Below, piece after piece: positions 37,023 through 47,819 of a stretch of 64,000 nt of DNA. The notes beneath the pieces are model-generated. The model was not told the origin of the DNA. It did no database searches and was given only the letters and a program-made list of their open reading frames with translations. Each line of letters starts with the position of its first letter. Position 1 is the stretch's first letter. Made by a program: the position numbers and the translations under genes. The DNA is from Klebsormidium nitens. Lineage: Eukaryota; Plantae; Klebsormidiophyceae. Where the stretch lies: NCBI GenBank assembly GCA_000708835.1, contig DF236953.1, positions 45,971 through 109,970 on the forward strand, in the 5' to 3' direction.

Positions 37023-40000
37023 ATGGACCTTTCGACCCCCGATGCATCCGAAGCCCTCAAAGATTCCAGCCGCATCGTACTGCTTGCATCGACCACTCCA
37101 GCAGCATCAGCTACCTTGCACGGGACTCTAGCAGCCAATCAAGCAGTCCGGAGCTACGCAGCGGTCCACTTCAAAGGCCGGGTTCCCGCCTTCGGTGACA
37201 TCAGAAACGTCCCAGCGGCTGTCCCTCCTCCACCAAATGCAGGGGGCGTGCGTGGAGGGCGCCCTTCCTATGCCGCCAAGCAGGGGGGCGCCGACTTCTC
37301 GTTCGACTATGGACTCGCCTTCAGCTTGCGGCCTGCCGGGGCCTTTGATCGAGGCGGATTCGGCTCGACGTGCATCGGGCGCACGTGCGGCGGGAAGGGG
37401 GCGGTCTACACTCGGAGGAGCGAACCCTTCATCTGGGAGCGGAAACGAAACCGAGGCGGAGCAGTCATCTGTCGAGGTGGTGGAGGGCATCTCCTTTGCC
37501 TTCGATGCGTGGAGGCCCAGTACAAAGAGGGGAACCCCTTCGTTTCCAGCGCGAGCGAAGGGCCCGTTTCTCAGCAAGAGCTCTTCACCAAGTACGAAGT
37601 GTTTCCCAAGACGAAAGAGCTTCGAGAGGTACGGTCAGGGGAGGTAGGGAGCGAAGGCGGCCACCAATTCTTTGTGCAGAGGAGGGACCTCGCCCCCTGC
37701 CCGTACTGCTGCGAGCCCAAGGTGGCCGGTCCGTCAAGGCGCGGTGTCATGAGAGCGCTGGAAGAGGGGCCGAGCCCACGGGAGCTCGGCACGGTGGCGA
37801 TCCTATCGGAGTTGAGTCGGAGCAAAGTCCCTCCGATTGCGGTTGCCCCCGGCCTTTTCCTTTTGCCCCAGCTCGACGCCCCCAGCGGGCGCCTTCTGGA
37901 CATTTTTGCCACGGATCGGGGGCTCGTCAACGCTCCCCGACTCGTGAAGGTCGACCACATGGGCAGCTTCCGGTGCCTGTGCGGTCAGAAGGCGTGCCGT
38001 GACCACGACGTGGGATTCTTGGAGGCGACGCGTCTCATGGGCGGCTGGTGGCAAAACGGAGAGGCCATCTTCACGGCCTTTGACGACAGTCGTCCGTTCG
38101 TGCGGGAGGTCACGAGCGGTGTGTCTTGGGTGTTGCCGCTAGACCAAGGGGGGTGCGTGGGGGGTGCTCTCTTTGGGTTAGACGCGGAGGCGTGGAAAGG
38201 CGGGCCGCAGCTCCGAGTGTTTGTTGTGAGCAATCCTAAGGAGAAGCCCGTGGTTTGCGTGCTTGTAGGAGAGAATGCGCACTGTGGCGAAGTCGACTGC
38301 ACGGGTCCAAAACGGTGCCGGCACCTTTTGGGCGTGCTTTCGAATCAATCTCTGCCTCTGATTGAGCGCGCCGCAGATGGAGGTGGGAGTGAGGTGACGC
38401 GGACCCTCGCTGAGAGACGGGCGGAGAGGGTCGGGCAGCGAGAAGCGCGGGCAAGGCGGCTCTTGGTCTGCAACGACTCCGTGTGCCGACGACCCGACTC
38501 AAAGGCCGTCTGCACGCATGGAGGTACGCTCGAGGCTTGGGAGTGTCTCTCCGCTGCGGTGCTCGACATGGGACATAGCCACAAGAGGATAAGTACGGTC
38601 ATGAGCCGTGGGGGGAGAAGTGTCACGAGCTTGTGCGAGCGCTGGGGCGACCGGGGTGTACGAGAGAGGGACGAGGCAAAGCATTTCTGCGCCCCGCGAC
38701 CCGTCAATCCGCTCTCACCGTGTGGCCGCGCATGGCAACTGGAGAGTAGGAACGGGGCTCTGACAACCGCGGGAGCGCGCTACCCGGTCACTACCTATCG
38801 AAGGGTCTGTCGACTGGCACCGGGACGCGAGGCGGCGTGCTGCTCAGTAGCCTACGACGGCCAGGTGCGTCCAAACCCCTTTGTCGTACAGATTTCTCCA
38901 TCGCCGCTGCGCGCATTTTTTGTATTGTTGGTATGCCGCTTCCGAAGGTAGCAAAGCATTGTTACTGAGGTAGTCAAACTTGTACTTGGCTTTGACTACG
39001 GGCGAAAATTTTGCTTCGGTCGAGAATCCTTGTCGAGGCTCCAACGGTACCAGGCAGCGAAGGATGGACAATTGTTGGATTGCCTCCTCGTGAAAGATGC
39101 GCTCCAACTCTTGTTCACGGCTCTCGAGTTCCGCTCTGAGGTCAATGCTTTCGGTTGGATTGAGACCGGCCAGTACGGCTTGCGTCTGGAAGCATCTTCC
39201 GAGCTCTGCAAGGTCATGATAATGTTGGACAAGCCTCTCTCTTCGTTCCTTGATGACTTTTGCTCGTCGATCCTCCAGAGCACTGTTGAAGCCCGTTGGA
39301 CCTCCTCGCTCTCGAACAGCAAGTACTTGCAGGTCCGACTCTCGATAGAAGCGGGTCTTGACGAAACCCGAAGGATGAGGAGCCCACTGAAGTGAAGAAA
39401 GGTCCTTGATTTGGTACTTTCGTCGGGCCTCTGCTGTGGTCAAGCAGTCGAGCGCGCGGTGCATTCCAAAGTTCACACAGCTTAAGGAGAATGGCAAGCC
39501 CTTATGCGGTTGCATGGGCCATCGCAGTTCGGTCCAAGCATTGTCGCATACTGTGCAACACTCTCGAGGCCAAACGGTCTCAAAATGTAGCGGACCGGAT
39601 GCGACGCTGTATGGAACCGGGAGCTCGTGCATCATCGTTCCGATAGCCGCGTGTGCATCTTTGCAGGTACACGCTGAAGCTGCCAAGTCCGGAAGACCGA
39701 GCAAGCCATTGTCACCGACCACGTTCAAAGCAAACGCAAATTTGTTGTTCAGAGCCATAACAGAGCAATATAATTAATTTGATCTACTTTGGACGCGCAA
39801 CTGAGGTCAACTTCCTTTCTCATTGCAGGAAGACGGCATCTTCAACTTCTCCGGCACCAACCTCATCTCGCACGGACTCCTCTTGCGCAACCACTTTGCC
39901 GCAGCTCTGGGGGCAGCTCACAGCCTCAACTTTGAGGCGGGGGACATGGCCACAAGGTGCCTCGAGGGGCCCAGCGTCCCTAGGCTGGACGACCGGGTGT

Positions 40001-42074
40001 TTGACGCTGCCATGCAAGCCTTCAACGACCTCGCCGCGCGGCCTCGAATCCAGCACGTCTGCAACCGTCTTGATTGCGCACACCTCTATACCTCAGAGGT
40101 GCGGGCCGCCGAGGTAGAAGCGGAGGCGGCTGGCAAGCCTCTTGCGCCGGAGCGGACCGAGGGGTCTCCTGTTGAGCTGTCGACCTACGCCTTCTGCCGC
40201 GACAAAGTCATCACGTTCGATGGGACATTCTTCCCCAATTCGAGCGCCATGCGCGATAGCGCGGAGGCGACGCTCCACAGCGTCTGCGAGCCGGACCCAG
40301 AGGCCCCTATGGTTCGAGGAGGTTTCACTCCTCTGAGCGTAGGCGGAGTGCGGCCATCCGACGTCCCTCTGGAGGGCATTGACGGACCCTGGAAGTACAG
40401 GAACGGGCTGTCAGAGCTTAGGCCGGCCGTTCGAACTGCGGCCCTTCGGTGGTGCAACTTCCGGAAGGCGGCCGCCCAAGGGAGCAACCTGCCGCTCTCG
40501 GCCGACGAGTTCGTGGCGATGCGGGAAGGTTTGCCGCCTCACGTGAGAGCCCTCTTGGATTTTGCCACCGAGTCGGTAGCGTGCCCCAACCCCGCCGACT
40601 GCGCGACTTGCAGAGCGGTGCCTCGCCGCCCCTGGATGGACGGGGTGTTGAAGAACGGTCCCGTAGCGCCCACGGAATGGTGTCCGACCCACTTTCAATC
40701 GTACGCGGCACTCCTGCACGCTCTGCTCATCCCTCGGTACAGCTGGGTGTTTGGCCACATCGTGGCGCTGAAGCTGCTAAGGCACGTGTTGCTCGAAGGA
40801 GCGCTCGACGAGCGGGGGCTTGCGTACCTCACAAACGATGCCCCGATGCTGGCGGCAATCCTTCGAAGGCACCCGACGAACGAAGGGCCCAAGCAGTACT
40901 GCTTTCCCTCGGCGCTACGGCCTCTCATGCGCGACATCTACGCGGCCAATCTACTATGCTTTGAGCCGACTGCCAACCGCCCCGGGGCATCGCTTCGATC
41001 CCCTTTGGCGGCCCTCTATGACGCCACTGAGCATCTATGGGCCCTTGAGAGTGAGAAACTCCGATCATTGGGCAACTCTGGGGAGGCCGCCATTCTCTAT
41101 GCGGAACAGCGCGGCGCGGCGCTCAAAGGGGCTGCGAATTCTCGCTTGTTCGACCTGGAGGTGCGAGAACCCCAGTGCTACACACCAAACGGCTTCCTTA
41201 GAGAGCCCTCCGCTGTTTATAGGGACCGCGTCGGGGCCGTCTCGCTGTACGACTTCCATCCTTTGCTTTATGGGCGGCCGCAGTTCACAGACTGGGAGGA
41301 CACTTCGGGTCGAGGGAGAAAAGGCTCGGAAGAGCGGCTGGCGCAGCACTGCGGGGCTCCCACTCCTCGGTCGGCAAAGGGCCGTGCTGGAATGTTTATC
41401 GCGTGCTGCCAAGACCGAGCGCCGCTGGGCTATCACTGGCTTAAGGGAGGCGAGAGCGTATCCGACCTCGGCACCGTTCTGATCACACGCTTCCCGTTCA
41501 AGACGCTCCGTGGACTGACGATAGTCGAGGATGCCGCTTGCAATGCGCAAGAGTGGCTCTTGAATCGGTGAGTATTGATTTTGCTTAATTTGATTGAAAA
41601 TTCAATTCAAGGTGCCAGCACTGTGGCAAAGGCTCGATAAATCGTTTTCAAGGAACCATCGTTTTAGTGCAATCAAAGTTTATTTGTTCAAGGTTTAACC
41701 ATCATTTGCAAATTGCTTGCAGGGTGCCTCAGCTGGCAAAGTTCATGCTATTCGTTGTCGATCGGTTTCACTCGGGACCCGTGAGCTGCGCGCCGGCCGG
41801 AGCCGCTAAGCGCTACGCAACGCACACTTGTTCGCCGACGCTCTTCATCGATTCGTACCCTCAGCACGAGGCGACAGTGACAACCGCTAGCGAGGGCCTG
41901 AACTCGGGCCTGAAGCGCTCGGCGGCTAGTTTGCAGCAGATCACGAGCATCAGGCGGCTGATGAGTAGAGTCACGACCATCCTCGACACGCTGTTTGAGC
42001 GTTTAAAGTACGCGGACTATTGGAGTGAGACTAGCAGCCCGTTAAGGGACTCAATTCGGAGGGGCCGTGGTTGA
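37023..42074 (+). CDS. KDZ (Kyakuja-Dileera-Zisupton) superfamily transposase with SWIM-like and CxC cysteine clusters. Exons 37023-38864, 39829-41567, 41723-42074
   Basis: In-phase GT-AG splicing. SWIM-like FRCLCGQKACRDH and CGEVDCTGPKRCRHL; CxC-type YDGQ|EDGIFNFSGTNLISHGLL; VITFDG; KDZ core GMFIACC...GYHWLKGGESVSD...TRFP...EDAACNAQEWLLNR|VP...FVVDRFH...CSP...SEGLNSGL. Confidence 0.88.
38844..39758 (-). CDS. Intronless 304-aa protein with an XPA C-terminal-like DNA-binding domain, nested antisense in KDZ intron 1
   Basis: CxxC followed by LTTAEARRKYQIKDLSSL...PHP...TRFYRESDLQVLAVRERGGPTGFNSALEDRR, which matches the XPA_C pattern (itkteAk..Y.L.d.dl...nPh...mrLy...ve..a...hG..eg...e.R), followed by a helical tail. 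Confidence 0.65.
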   Translation of the reverse strand: MALNNKFAFALNVVGDNGLLGLPDLAASACTCKDAHAAIGTMMHELPVPYSVASGPLHFETVWPRECCTVCDNAWTELRWPMQPHKGLPFSLSCVNFGMHRALDCLTTAEARRKYQIKDLSSLQWAPHPSGFVKTRFYRESDLQVLAVRERGGPTGFNSALEDRRAKVIKERRERLVQHYHDLAELGRCFQTQAVLAGLNPTESIDLRAELESREQELERIFHEEAIQQLSILRCLVPLEPRQGFSTEAKFSPVVKAKYKFDYLSNNALLPSEAAYQQYKKCAQRRWRNLYDKGVWTHLAVVGY

Positions 42075-42083
42075 CATTCAGTT

Positions 42084-42111
42084 TCATTACTCATTACTCA
42101 TTACTCATTAC
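42084..42111. repeat. (TCATTAC)4 heptamer repeat between the convergent KDZ and primase-helicase 3' ends
   Basis: Four perfect tandem units directly after the KDZ stop codon. Confidence 0.9.
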
Positions 42112-42296
42112 CCACTTCCAGAAGGCCCGGATTGATTTTGTCTTTTTTGCATGTGGGAAAGGTCTCTAACTTCCAAAAGCATGGTAATCGCGTAATAGAG
42201 TAATAAGTTCTATTTTATGAACACGTTCATGGGTTCTATCATGTTGTGTGTATGTATAAACCTTGGGTAATATGAGGGTAATAAGCTTGTTGGTAC

Positions 42297-45089
42297 TTAT
42301 TGATCATCAGAAGGTCTATCGAGTGTGCTTGAAGGCACCACTACGCGCCCAAATTCGTCTCTTCTGACCACACACACATGATAGTTCGAGCAGTACGAAC
42401 ATGCAATCGACTGTTGCAGCTCTTTCAAATCACCTTGAGGGTTCTTGAACGCTATCCATGGGCCCTCTTGGTCTTCTTTGTAGTCGTGTCGCTGCCAAGT
42501 ATCCACCCATTCGACGGTCGAGCTCCAGAGTTTGCCGTCGTGGAGCGCCTTGCAGATAGCGTTTTGTGGTGGGAACCACCATCCCTTGTGCGTTCGCACT
42601 TGCTGGATGCTGCGTGCTTGCGGCCTCATGTTAAAGATGGCACTCAAAGATTTCATCAAGACGTTGACGTCAACATGGCGATCCTCCTTAATGTCTAGTT
42701 GTGCTAAGAAGATGTCGAATGTACGCTTGATATCCACGGATGCAACCCATGTTTCCAAATAAGGATGAAAGCACCCGTTTTCAAGCAACGCTTGAATCAT
42801 TTTCACATGCGAAGGGATAGAGTGGTCCTTCAGACCCTCTCCCCATGCCGTGATTGGTACCTTCTTGGGATCCCAATCAGAAATGTCAATGGATGACAGA
42901 TATTGATGGAAGAAAAAGGCCGTCTCTGGCTTTCGAAGCTCCTCAAGAAGCTCGTCAAAGTACTGTTTGTTTCCTACCTTGGCACCCGAGCATTCCTGAC
43001 AAGAATATCGCCGGTCATCGGCCTCTCGTTTGACAGGCCATGCATTGTTTGTTGTAAACACGATGTTGCTCCTGTCTTGTACGGAGATTGCATCGAGTCC
43101 TTTCCTTTCGAGGCACGTTGTCTCTTGAGTAATCAGAGACTTCATTCTGTCGTTCATCTTGTACGCTCCCCCCCAGTTGCCAGCTTCGTCAAGAACAATC
43201 AGCAGCTTGTTTGCCCCAAGGGAATTGAACTGACCAATGATCTTTTCAATCTCGTTACAATACAGATAATTCTTGCTGCCAATGATGTTGATCCCATAAA
43301 AGTCAAGCGGCACTGATTTCCCGCATCCCTGGGGCCCACGAAACACGAGAGCCACCTGAGTCTTTTGCCAGGGCCTCTGAACCCCATGGGCCATCCACCT
43401 GGTATTGTATTCAAACCGTTCAGCAGATCCATCGCACAAAATGTAGCGAATGTGCCACATAAGCCTTGGAAATTGCTTTTCGCACTCGGCGCGCTCAGAA
43501 GCTGACAACTTGCGCTGCAGCGGTGCAAAATTCAAACCACAGAATATGTTGAAGTGTCGGGGCGAGACCTTGGATAGCTCAGGCCCAAACACAATCTGGT
43601 CGAATTCGCGTCGCTTTGGACTGCTTTCCCAGAACTTGGCAACTTCCTTTCTCTTGCCGGGCAGGCAATGGAGTTGTAGATTCTTGCAGCGTTCAATAAA
43701 ATTGTGGCCCGACCTTTCGATAGTTTCCTCACGTTGGAGACAGCCATTTGTGTTTTGTGAGTAGATGGTCTCAATATAGATCGCCTTTGATGTGCCGACA
43801 ACGACGGCAAAATAATGACTCATCATGTTTACCACGAGGTTTTCTAGGTCCGTTTTTGCTTGTTTGGTACAATCGTCATTGCCTTTTGCCTTTGATACAG
43901 GGAGCAAATAACTTTCGCAAGCACTAATGAAGCTCCCTTCTGCCCTCAACGGTAAACTTTCCGGCCAAAAGTGGACGCCAAGCAGTCGCTTTGGTTGATC
44001 AATGCACTCCGCACTTAGACATTGATAGAGAAGAATCCCTCCATTGCTGAGGATGCTGAAGTTGTTTGAGATGTGTTGGTGGCCGTTCAAGCACGTTCGA
44101 GTGCCTATTGTCTTGAATTTGAGAATCCTCCATCCATTTGGAGTTTTTTCTCCGACACCGTTGAAGATGCTACAGTCATTTGGTACCTTTGCGTGTAGCA
44201 TCTTCCTTATGTCTTTGAGTGCTCGTTCCAAACCCGGCAAAACCAGCTTGTCATGCACGTCACTAGATGATGCTTTCGCTTTTGGCATTGCTTCCTCTTT
44301 CGCAAATGGCCTTGTAATGGCCCCACATCCATACGAATCGCTTTCATTTGGAGATTTAACCGTCTTCTCTTCCTCGTCTTCCTCTTTTCCGCTATGCTGT
44401 TTGCAATCATTTAGTATTCTGACTAGCCATGAAGGCATGTCTTGGACAGCATCAAAGGTTGGAGGCCCGTTGATCCACTCATATGTTGCGAGCTGGCCAC
44501 GACCATTGACGTAGCTCGCAGGGTGGGCAAAGACAACACCCTTTCCGCCTCTCCCATCAACCGCAAAAGTCTCATCGCCAACCGTTAAGGTTGAGAAGTT
44601 TCCAGTGCACGTAAGCCCTGGCGAATTTGCTTTGAAGAAAAAGTGTTTTCCGCCCGACCCTGTCTTTGCCTGAAGCGTTGTGGGCTCCCCATGCTCGGCA
44701 ATAAGACGACGCCACAACTCCATGCCCGACTTCTTTGTGGTATCAATAACTTCTTTGACGGTGTTGCTAGTAACGTCTATATCCACCGCATAGATCCCAC
44801 TTGCACCCGTGAGTATCGCAACGCCGTTGGCGTCTGGCCTCTGGCGTAGTGCGTCATTGATGGAGTTTTGCCACGTGTCGAGGTCTTTAATGTGCTCGTA
44901 TGTGCGAGGAAATCTAGGATATTTTCTCCCCTTGTTCTTATCCCAAGAGAGGTGCACGGGGATTGCGAGGAGGCCACCTTCACAAAGTCGTAAGATCTCG
45001 TCTTTAATGCTCTGGGGTCCTGGACCATTGACCCTCTGTGAAACTTGAGGCCCGAAGCCGCTGACCTGCTCATTGCCAGATACAGACAT
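42297..45089 (-). CDS. Intronless 930-aa bifunctional primase-polymerase (Prim-Pol) + Zn-binding + SF3 (D5/DUF5906-like) helicase
   Basis: Prim-Pol motifs NGVAILTG..IYAVDIDV, TLQAKTGSGGKHFFF, VDGRGGKGVVFAHPAS..YEW; CxxGHxHxxNN...YQCLSAEC; Walker A GPQGCGKS; Walker B LIVLDE; motif C VFTTNN; DDRRY. Confidence 0.92.
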   Translation of the reverse strand: MSVSGNEQVSGFGPQVSQRVNGPGPQSIKDEILRLCEGGLLAIPVHLSWDKNKGRKYPRFPRTYEHIKDLDTWQNSINDALRQRPDANGVAILTGASGIYAVDIDVTSNTVKEVIDTTKKSGMELWRRLIAEHGEPTTLQAKTGSGGKHFFFKANSPGLTCTGNFSTLTVGDETFAVDGRGGKGVVFAHPASYVNGRGQLATYEWINGPPTFDAVQDMPSWLVRILNDCKQHSGKEEDEEEKTVKSPNESDSYGCGAITRPFAKEEAMPKAKASSSDVHDKLVLPGLERALKDIRKMLHAKVPNDCSIFNGVGEKTPNGWRILKFKTIGTRTCLNGHQHISNNFSILSNGGILLYQCLSAECIDQPKRLLGVHFWPESLPLRAEGSFISACESYLLPVSKAKGNDDCTKQAKTDLENLVVNMMSHYFAVVVGTSKAIYIETIYSQNTNGCLQREETIERSGHNFIERCKNLQLHCLPGKRKEVAKFWESSPKRREFDQIVFGPELSKVSPRHFNIFCGLNFAPLQRKLSASERAECEKQFPRLMWHIRYILCDGSAERFEYNTRWMAHGVQRPWQKTQVALVFRGPQGCGKSVPLDFYGINIIGSKNYLYCNEIEKIIGQFNSLGANKLLIVLDEAGNWGGAYKMNDRMKSLITQETTCLERKGLDAISVQDRSNIVFTTNNAWPVKREADDRRYSCQECSGAKVGNKQYFDELLEELRKPETAFFFHQYLSSIDISDWDPKKVPITAWGEGLKDHSIPSHVKMIQALLENGCFHPYLETWVASVDIKRTFDIFLAQLDIKEDRHVDVNVLMKSLSAIFNMRPQARSIQQVRTHKGWWFPPQNAICKALHDGKLWSSTVEWVDTWQRHDYKEDQEGPWIAFKNPQGDLKELQQSIACSYCSNYHVCVVRRDEFGRVVVPSSTLDRPSDDQ

Positions 45090-45196
45090 GTCCTTGAGTC
45101 ACATAAGGAAAAAAAGCGTGTTGAACAAACGCACCACAATTGGGCTGCGGTCGAGGCATTGCGCAAAATAATCTCAACTAACAACAGGACTCGACA

Positions 45197-45547
45197 ATGG
45201 TCCATCAAATCGAGGAAGGATTTTCGGAAGTGTCCAACGAAATTCTAGGAAATTTTCCATGCCCATGTCGAGCGTGCCACAAACACAGACAATACGCCAG
45301 ATTGAATCCGGAGAAGCATAATGCAAACATGAGGGCGTACTACCACAGGCATCAGGAGACAATACTACTATGCAAGGCGTACAAAAGGTACCTGAGTGGT
45401 CAAACGAACAAACTTCATGAGACCACCGCCCGACGGTTGATTGCTGCCGGATTTGATGTTCCTCAAATGGTCTCTTTGGGCACGATACACAAGGGTAATG
45501 CACCTACGGTGCCTTTAGGCGTCTTTACTAGCATCGAAGTATCCTGA
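45197..45547 (+). CDS. Small basic virus-like hypothetical protein
   Basis: CPCRAC plus YARLNPEKHNANMRAYYHRHQE, a charged/aromatic helix of the type common in small viral DNA-binding ORFs; divergent from the primase-helicase. Confidence 0.5.
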   Translation: MVHQIEEGFSEVSNEILGNFPCPCRACHKHRQYARLNPEKHNANMRAYYHRHQETILLCKAYKRYLSGQTNKLHETTARRLIAAGFDVPQMVSLGTIHKGNAPTVPLGVFTSIEVS

Positions 45548-45588
45548 AGCATTTGGCAGATTACCAATGGAACGCAGAACGCAGATTG

Positions 45589-46644
45589 TCAAAATTGTAT
45601 CTTGGATCCGCAAGGGAGGTACTTTTTTTCATAATGTTTTTGTGCAACAGCGGCGGTGTGCAGCATGCTTCGCGCAAGATCGTCCCGTTCGGCAATGCTT
45701 GGAGCATCCTTGAAGAGATTGCTCACACAGATCTTCCGCAGCAAGCAACTACCGACCTTTGCGTCTTTGAAGAGGCCAGTTGAGCAAAACTTGGTGAGAT
45801 AATTCCTACTCATCGGCTTATCCGGCGATCTCATCCGAGACAAGAGGTACGTTCTAGGAAAGACTTGCAAGCTTTCAGCAATGACGTTGTTGCATCGGGT
45901 GCTCATATCTATTGAAGTAGGTCCATGGTGCTTAACGGTTTTAAAGTCCTTCAGTACGAGACGAAACTGGTCTTCTGCAAACTCCAGCATATAGTTTTCT
46001 GACCCCGACATTGTTTTACATGCCTCAGTGGTTTCGATGTCCTCAAAGCGGATGATCGGGCACTCTGAGTAGTCGTTGCGGATTGCAGGCTGATACGTGA
46101 AGAGACAAAGGTTCAAGTGACGGATCAGAATTATCTTGTCCTCAATAGACAAGTCCTCGGGTGACTTGACTAGAATCTTTCTATTTACATGCCGTTGTAG
46201 CTCGACTCTTCGTTCAGCTATTTCATCGAGTGTCTTCCAATTGGTGGCTTCTCTTTCTGTCAACACCTGTGGAGGCGGCCGCGCCTCATCCATCAACTTG
46301 CGAACCGCTGTGTATCGTGCGTAATAGACGTCGTACGACGATTTGTTATCAGGAAACGCTTTGCGCACAATGACTAGCAATGGGTTTAACCCGGTCGCTT
46401 GCATGGATAGCTTGGTGGGGTATGTGTCTTGAAAGTACTTAATAATCGCATCAGCATCCTTGATCCAATCCACGCTACCAAAGTCCCTTTCTCGATGCAA
46501 CCCTTGAAACAGACGCATCACATGCTTGCAATATTGCTGGATCGTGAGCTTCTTTCGGCCACCGTCATCAAACACTTGGCGTAGCAGCCGTTCACTAGTG
46601 GTCACCGTGGTTATGTGCCTTGTGCCTTTGGTGGGCTCCGACAT
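45589..46644 (-). CDS. Tyrosine recombinase/integrase, Polinton-like-virus/virophage type (351 aa, intronless)
   Basis: Catalytic set in order: R (QPAIRNDY), K (DFKTVKHHG), LLRKICVS (HxLRH variant), H (MLHT), Y (KHYEK); helical N-terminal domain. Confidence 0.85.
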   Translation of the reverse strand: MSEPTKGTRHITTVTTSERLLRQVFDDGGRKKLTIQQYCKHVMRLFQGLHRERDFGSVDWIKDADAIIKYFQDTYPTKLSMQATGLNPLLVIVRKAFPDNKSSYDVYYARYTAVRKLMDEARPPPQVLTEREATNWKTLDEIAERRVELQRHVNRKILVKSPEDLSIEDKIILIRHLNLCLFTYQPAIRNDYSECPIIRFEDIETTEACKTMSGSENYMLEFAEDQFRLVLKDFKTVKHHGPTSIDMSTRCNNVIAESLQVFPRTYLLSRMRSPDKPMSRNYLTKFCSTGLFKDAKVGSCLLRKICVSNLFKDAPSIAERDDLARSMLHTAAVAQKHYEKKYLPCGSKIQF

Positions 46645-46911
46645 CTTCCAGTTATCTGGATACCTCGGAGAAAAAAATGACCAAGGAAACGCTTCCCTTC
46701 TCAGATATTGTGAATTTCAGAGGTCGGAATTGCTTTCACCAATCAGGGACCGGTAAAAGCTTTTCATGGTTATATTGGTTATGAAAAGCTCCTGCAAGCC
46801 GACTTTACACCAGGTGTGTTTAGTCTATTTTCGGCCGAAAAGTTACTAGCGCTAGATACTGTGAATATGCTTGTACAAGAATTACTGAACGGGGTCTTTT
46901 AAGCAAGTCCG

Positions 46912-47460
46912 TTATCCGAGGGAGGCGTCTTCTTGGCATTCGTGGCTTACGCGAGCCTTATCTTTGTTTAAAAGCATGTCAAGACCTAAAATTGGCTCAT
47001 CATCATTCGTCCAAGCAACACTCGGGGCATAACGTGGAGACTCGTAGCAAGTCTCATGCTGTTTGCCAACCATCGGGATAGGGCTCTCGTCCCTATGCAA
47101 AAGCTTCCGTGCCTTGGACCGCAGATGGCGTGCCTGGCTTCTAGCACGTTGCGCATTGTTTAATGCAACTCTCCAATCCACTTTCACTCCGTAAGGGCCG
47201 TTAAAGCCGGACTTGTCCCAAAATGCATTAAACCCTTCGGCAACCAACGATCGCACTAGCGCTCTAGTTATGTGACGGAGGTTGAACGGCTCGGCTAGTG
47301 CTCGGATGCCGCCAAGAGCTGCAACATCGAGTATAGTTTCGAGCAACCCGAACTCTTTGTAAGATCTTAAAATTGCGGATCTCGCACTCTCGAGGACGGC
47401 TCGATCCATTTGCATGATGGCAATATGGGATTGGGGGCGATACCCAAGAATTGCATCCAT
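46912..47460 (-). CDS. Hypothetical protein (182 aa), intronless
   Basis: ATG-initiated ORF co-oriented with the recombinase; no motif recognised. Confidence 0.45.
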   Translation of the reverse strand: MDAILGYRPQSHIAIMQMDRAVLESARSAILRSYKEFGLLETILDVAALGGIRALAEPFNLRHITRALVRSLVAEGFNAFWDKSGFNGPYGVKVDWRVALNNAQRARSQARHLRSKARKLLHRDESPIPMVGKQHETCYESPRYAPSVAWTNDDEPILGLDMLLNKDKARVSHECQEDASLG

Positions 47461-47819
47461 TCAAACCGTTGAAGTACCGTTCGCAAAGAAAATTCACAAT
47501 GTACCATTGCACACAGCCGTTTGCTGCTTCTACTCGGTATCCTGATCATTCACGAATCTCGTATACGCCTTTGAAATCTTGAACTTCCGCTCAAGATGCT
47601 CCTAGTTCGTGCTTTTGCAGCTGATAACGGAGGGTAACATGCGTGCGTGGGTGGTTAGGCGCGCACATACCAACTTGGCAATTGAGGCGAATGATATAGT
47701 TGTTTTGAATCGATCAAGGAAATCCAACAATGCACCAAACTCCTCGCAATCAACCTTGTCCATCTCCCTTACATTCAAGATTCAATATGTTACAACCGAA
47801 TTCACTCGGGCCTTGTAAA

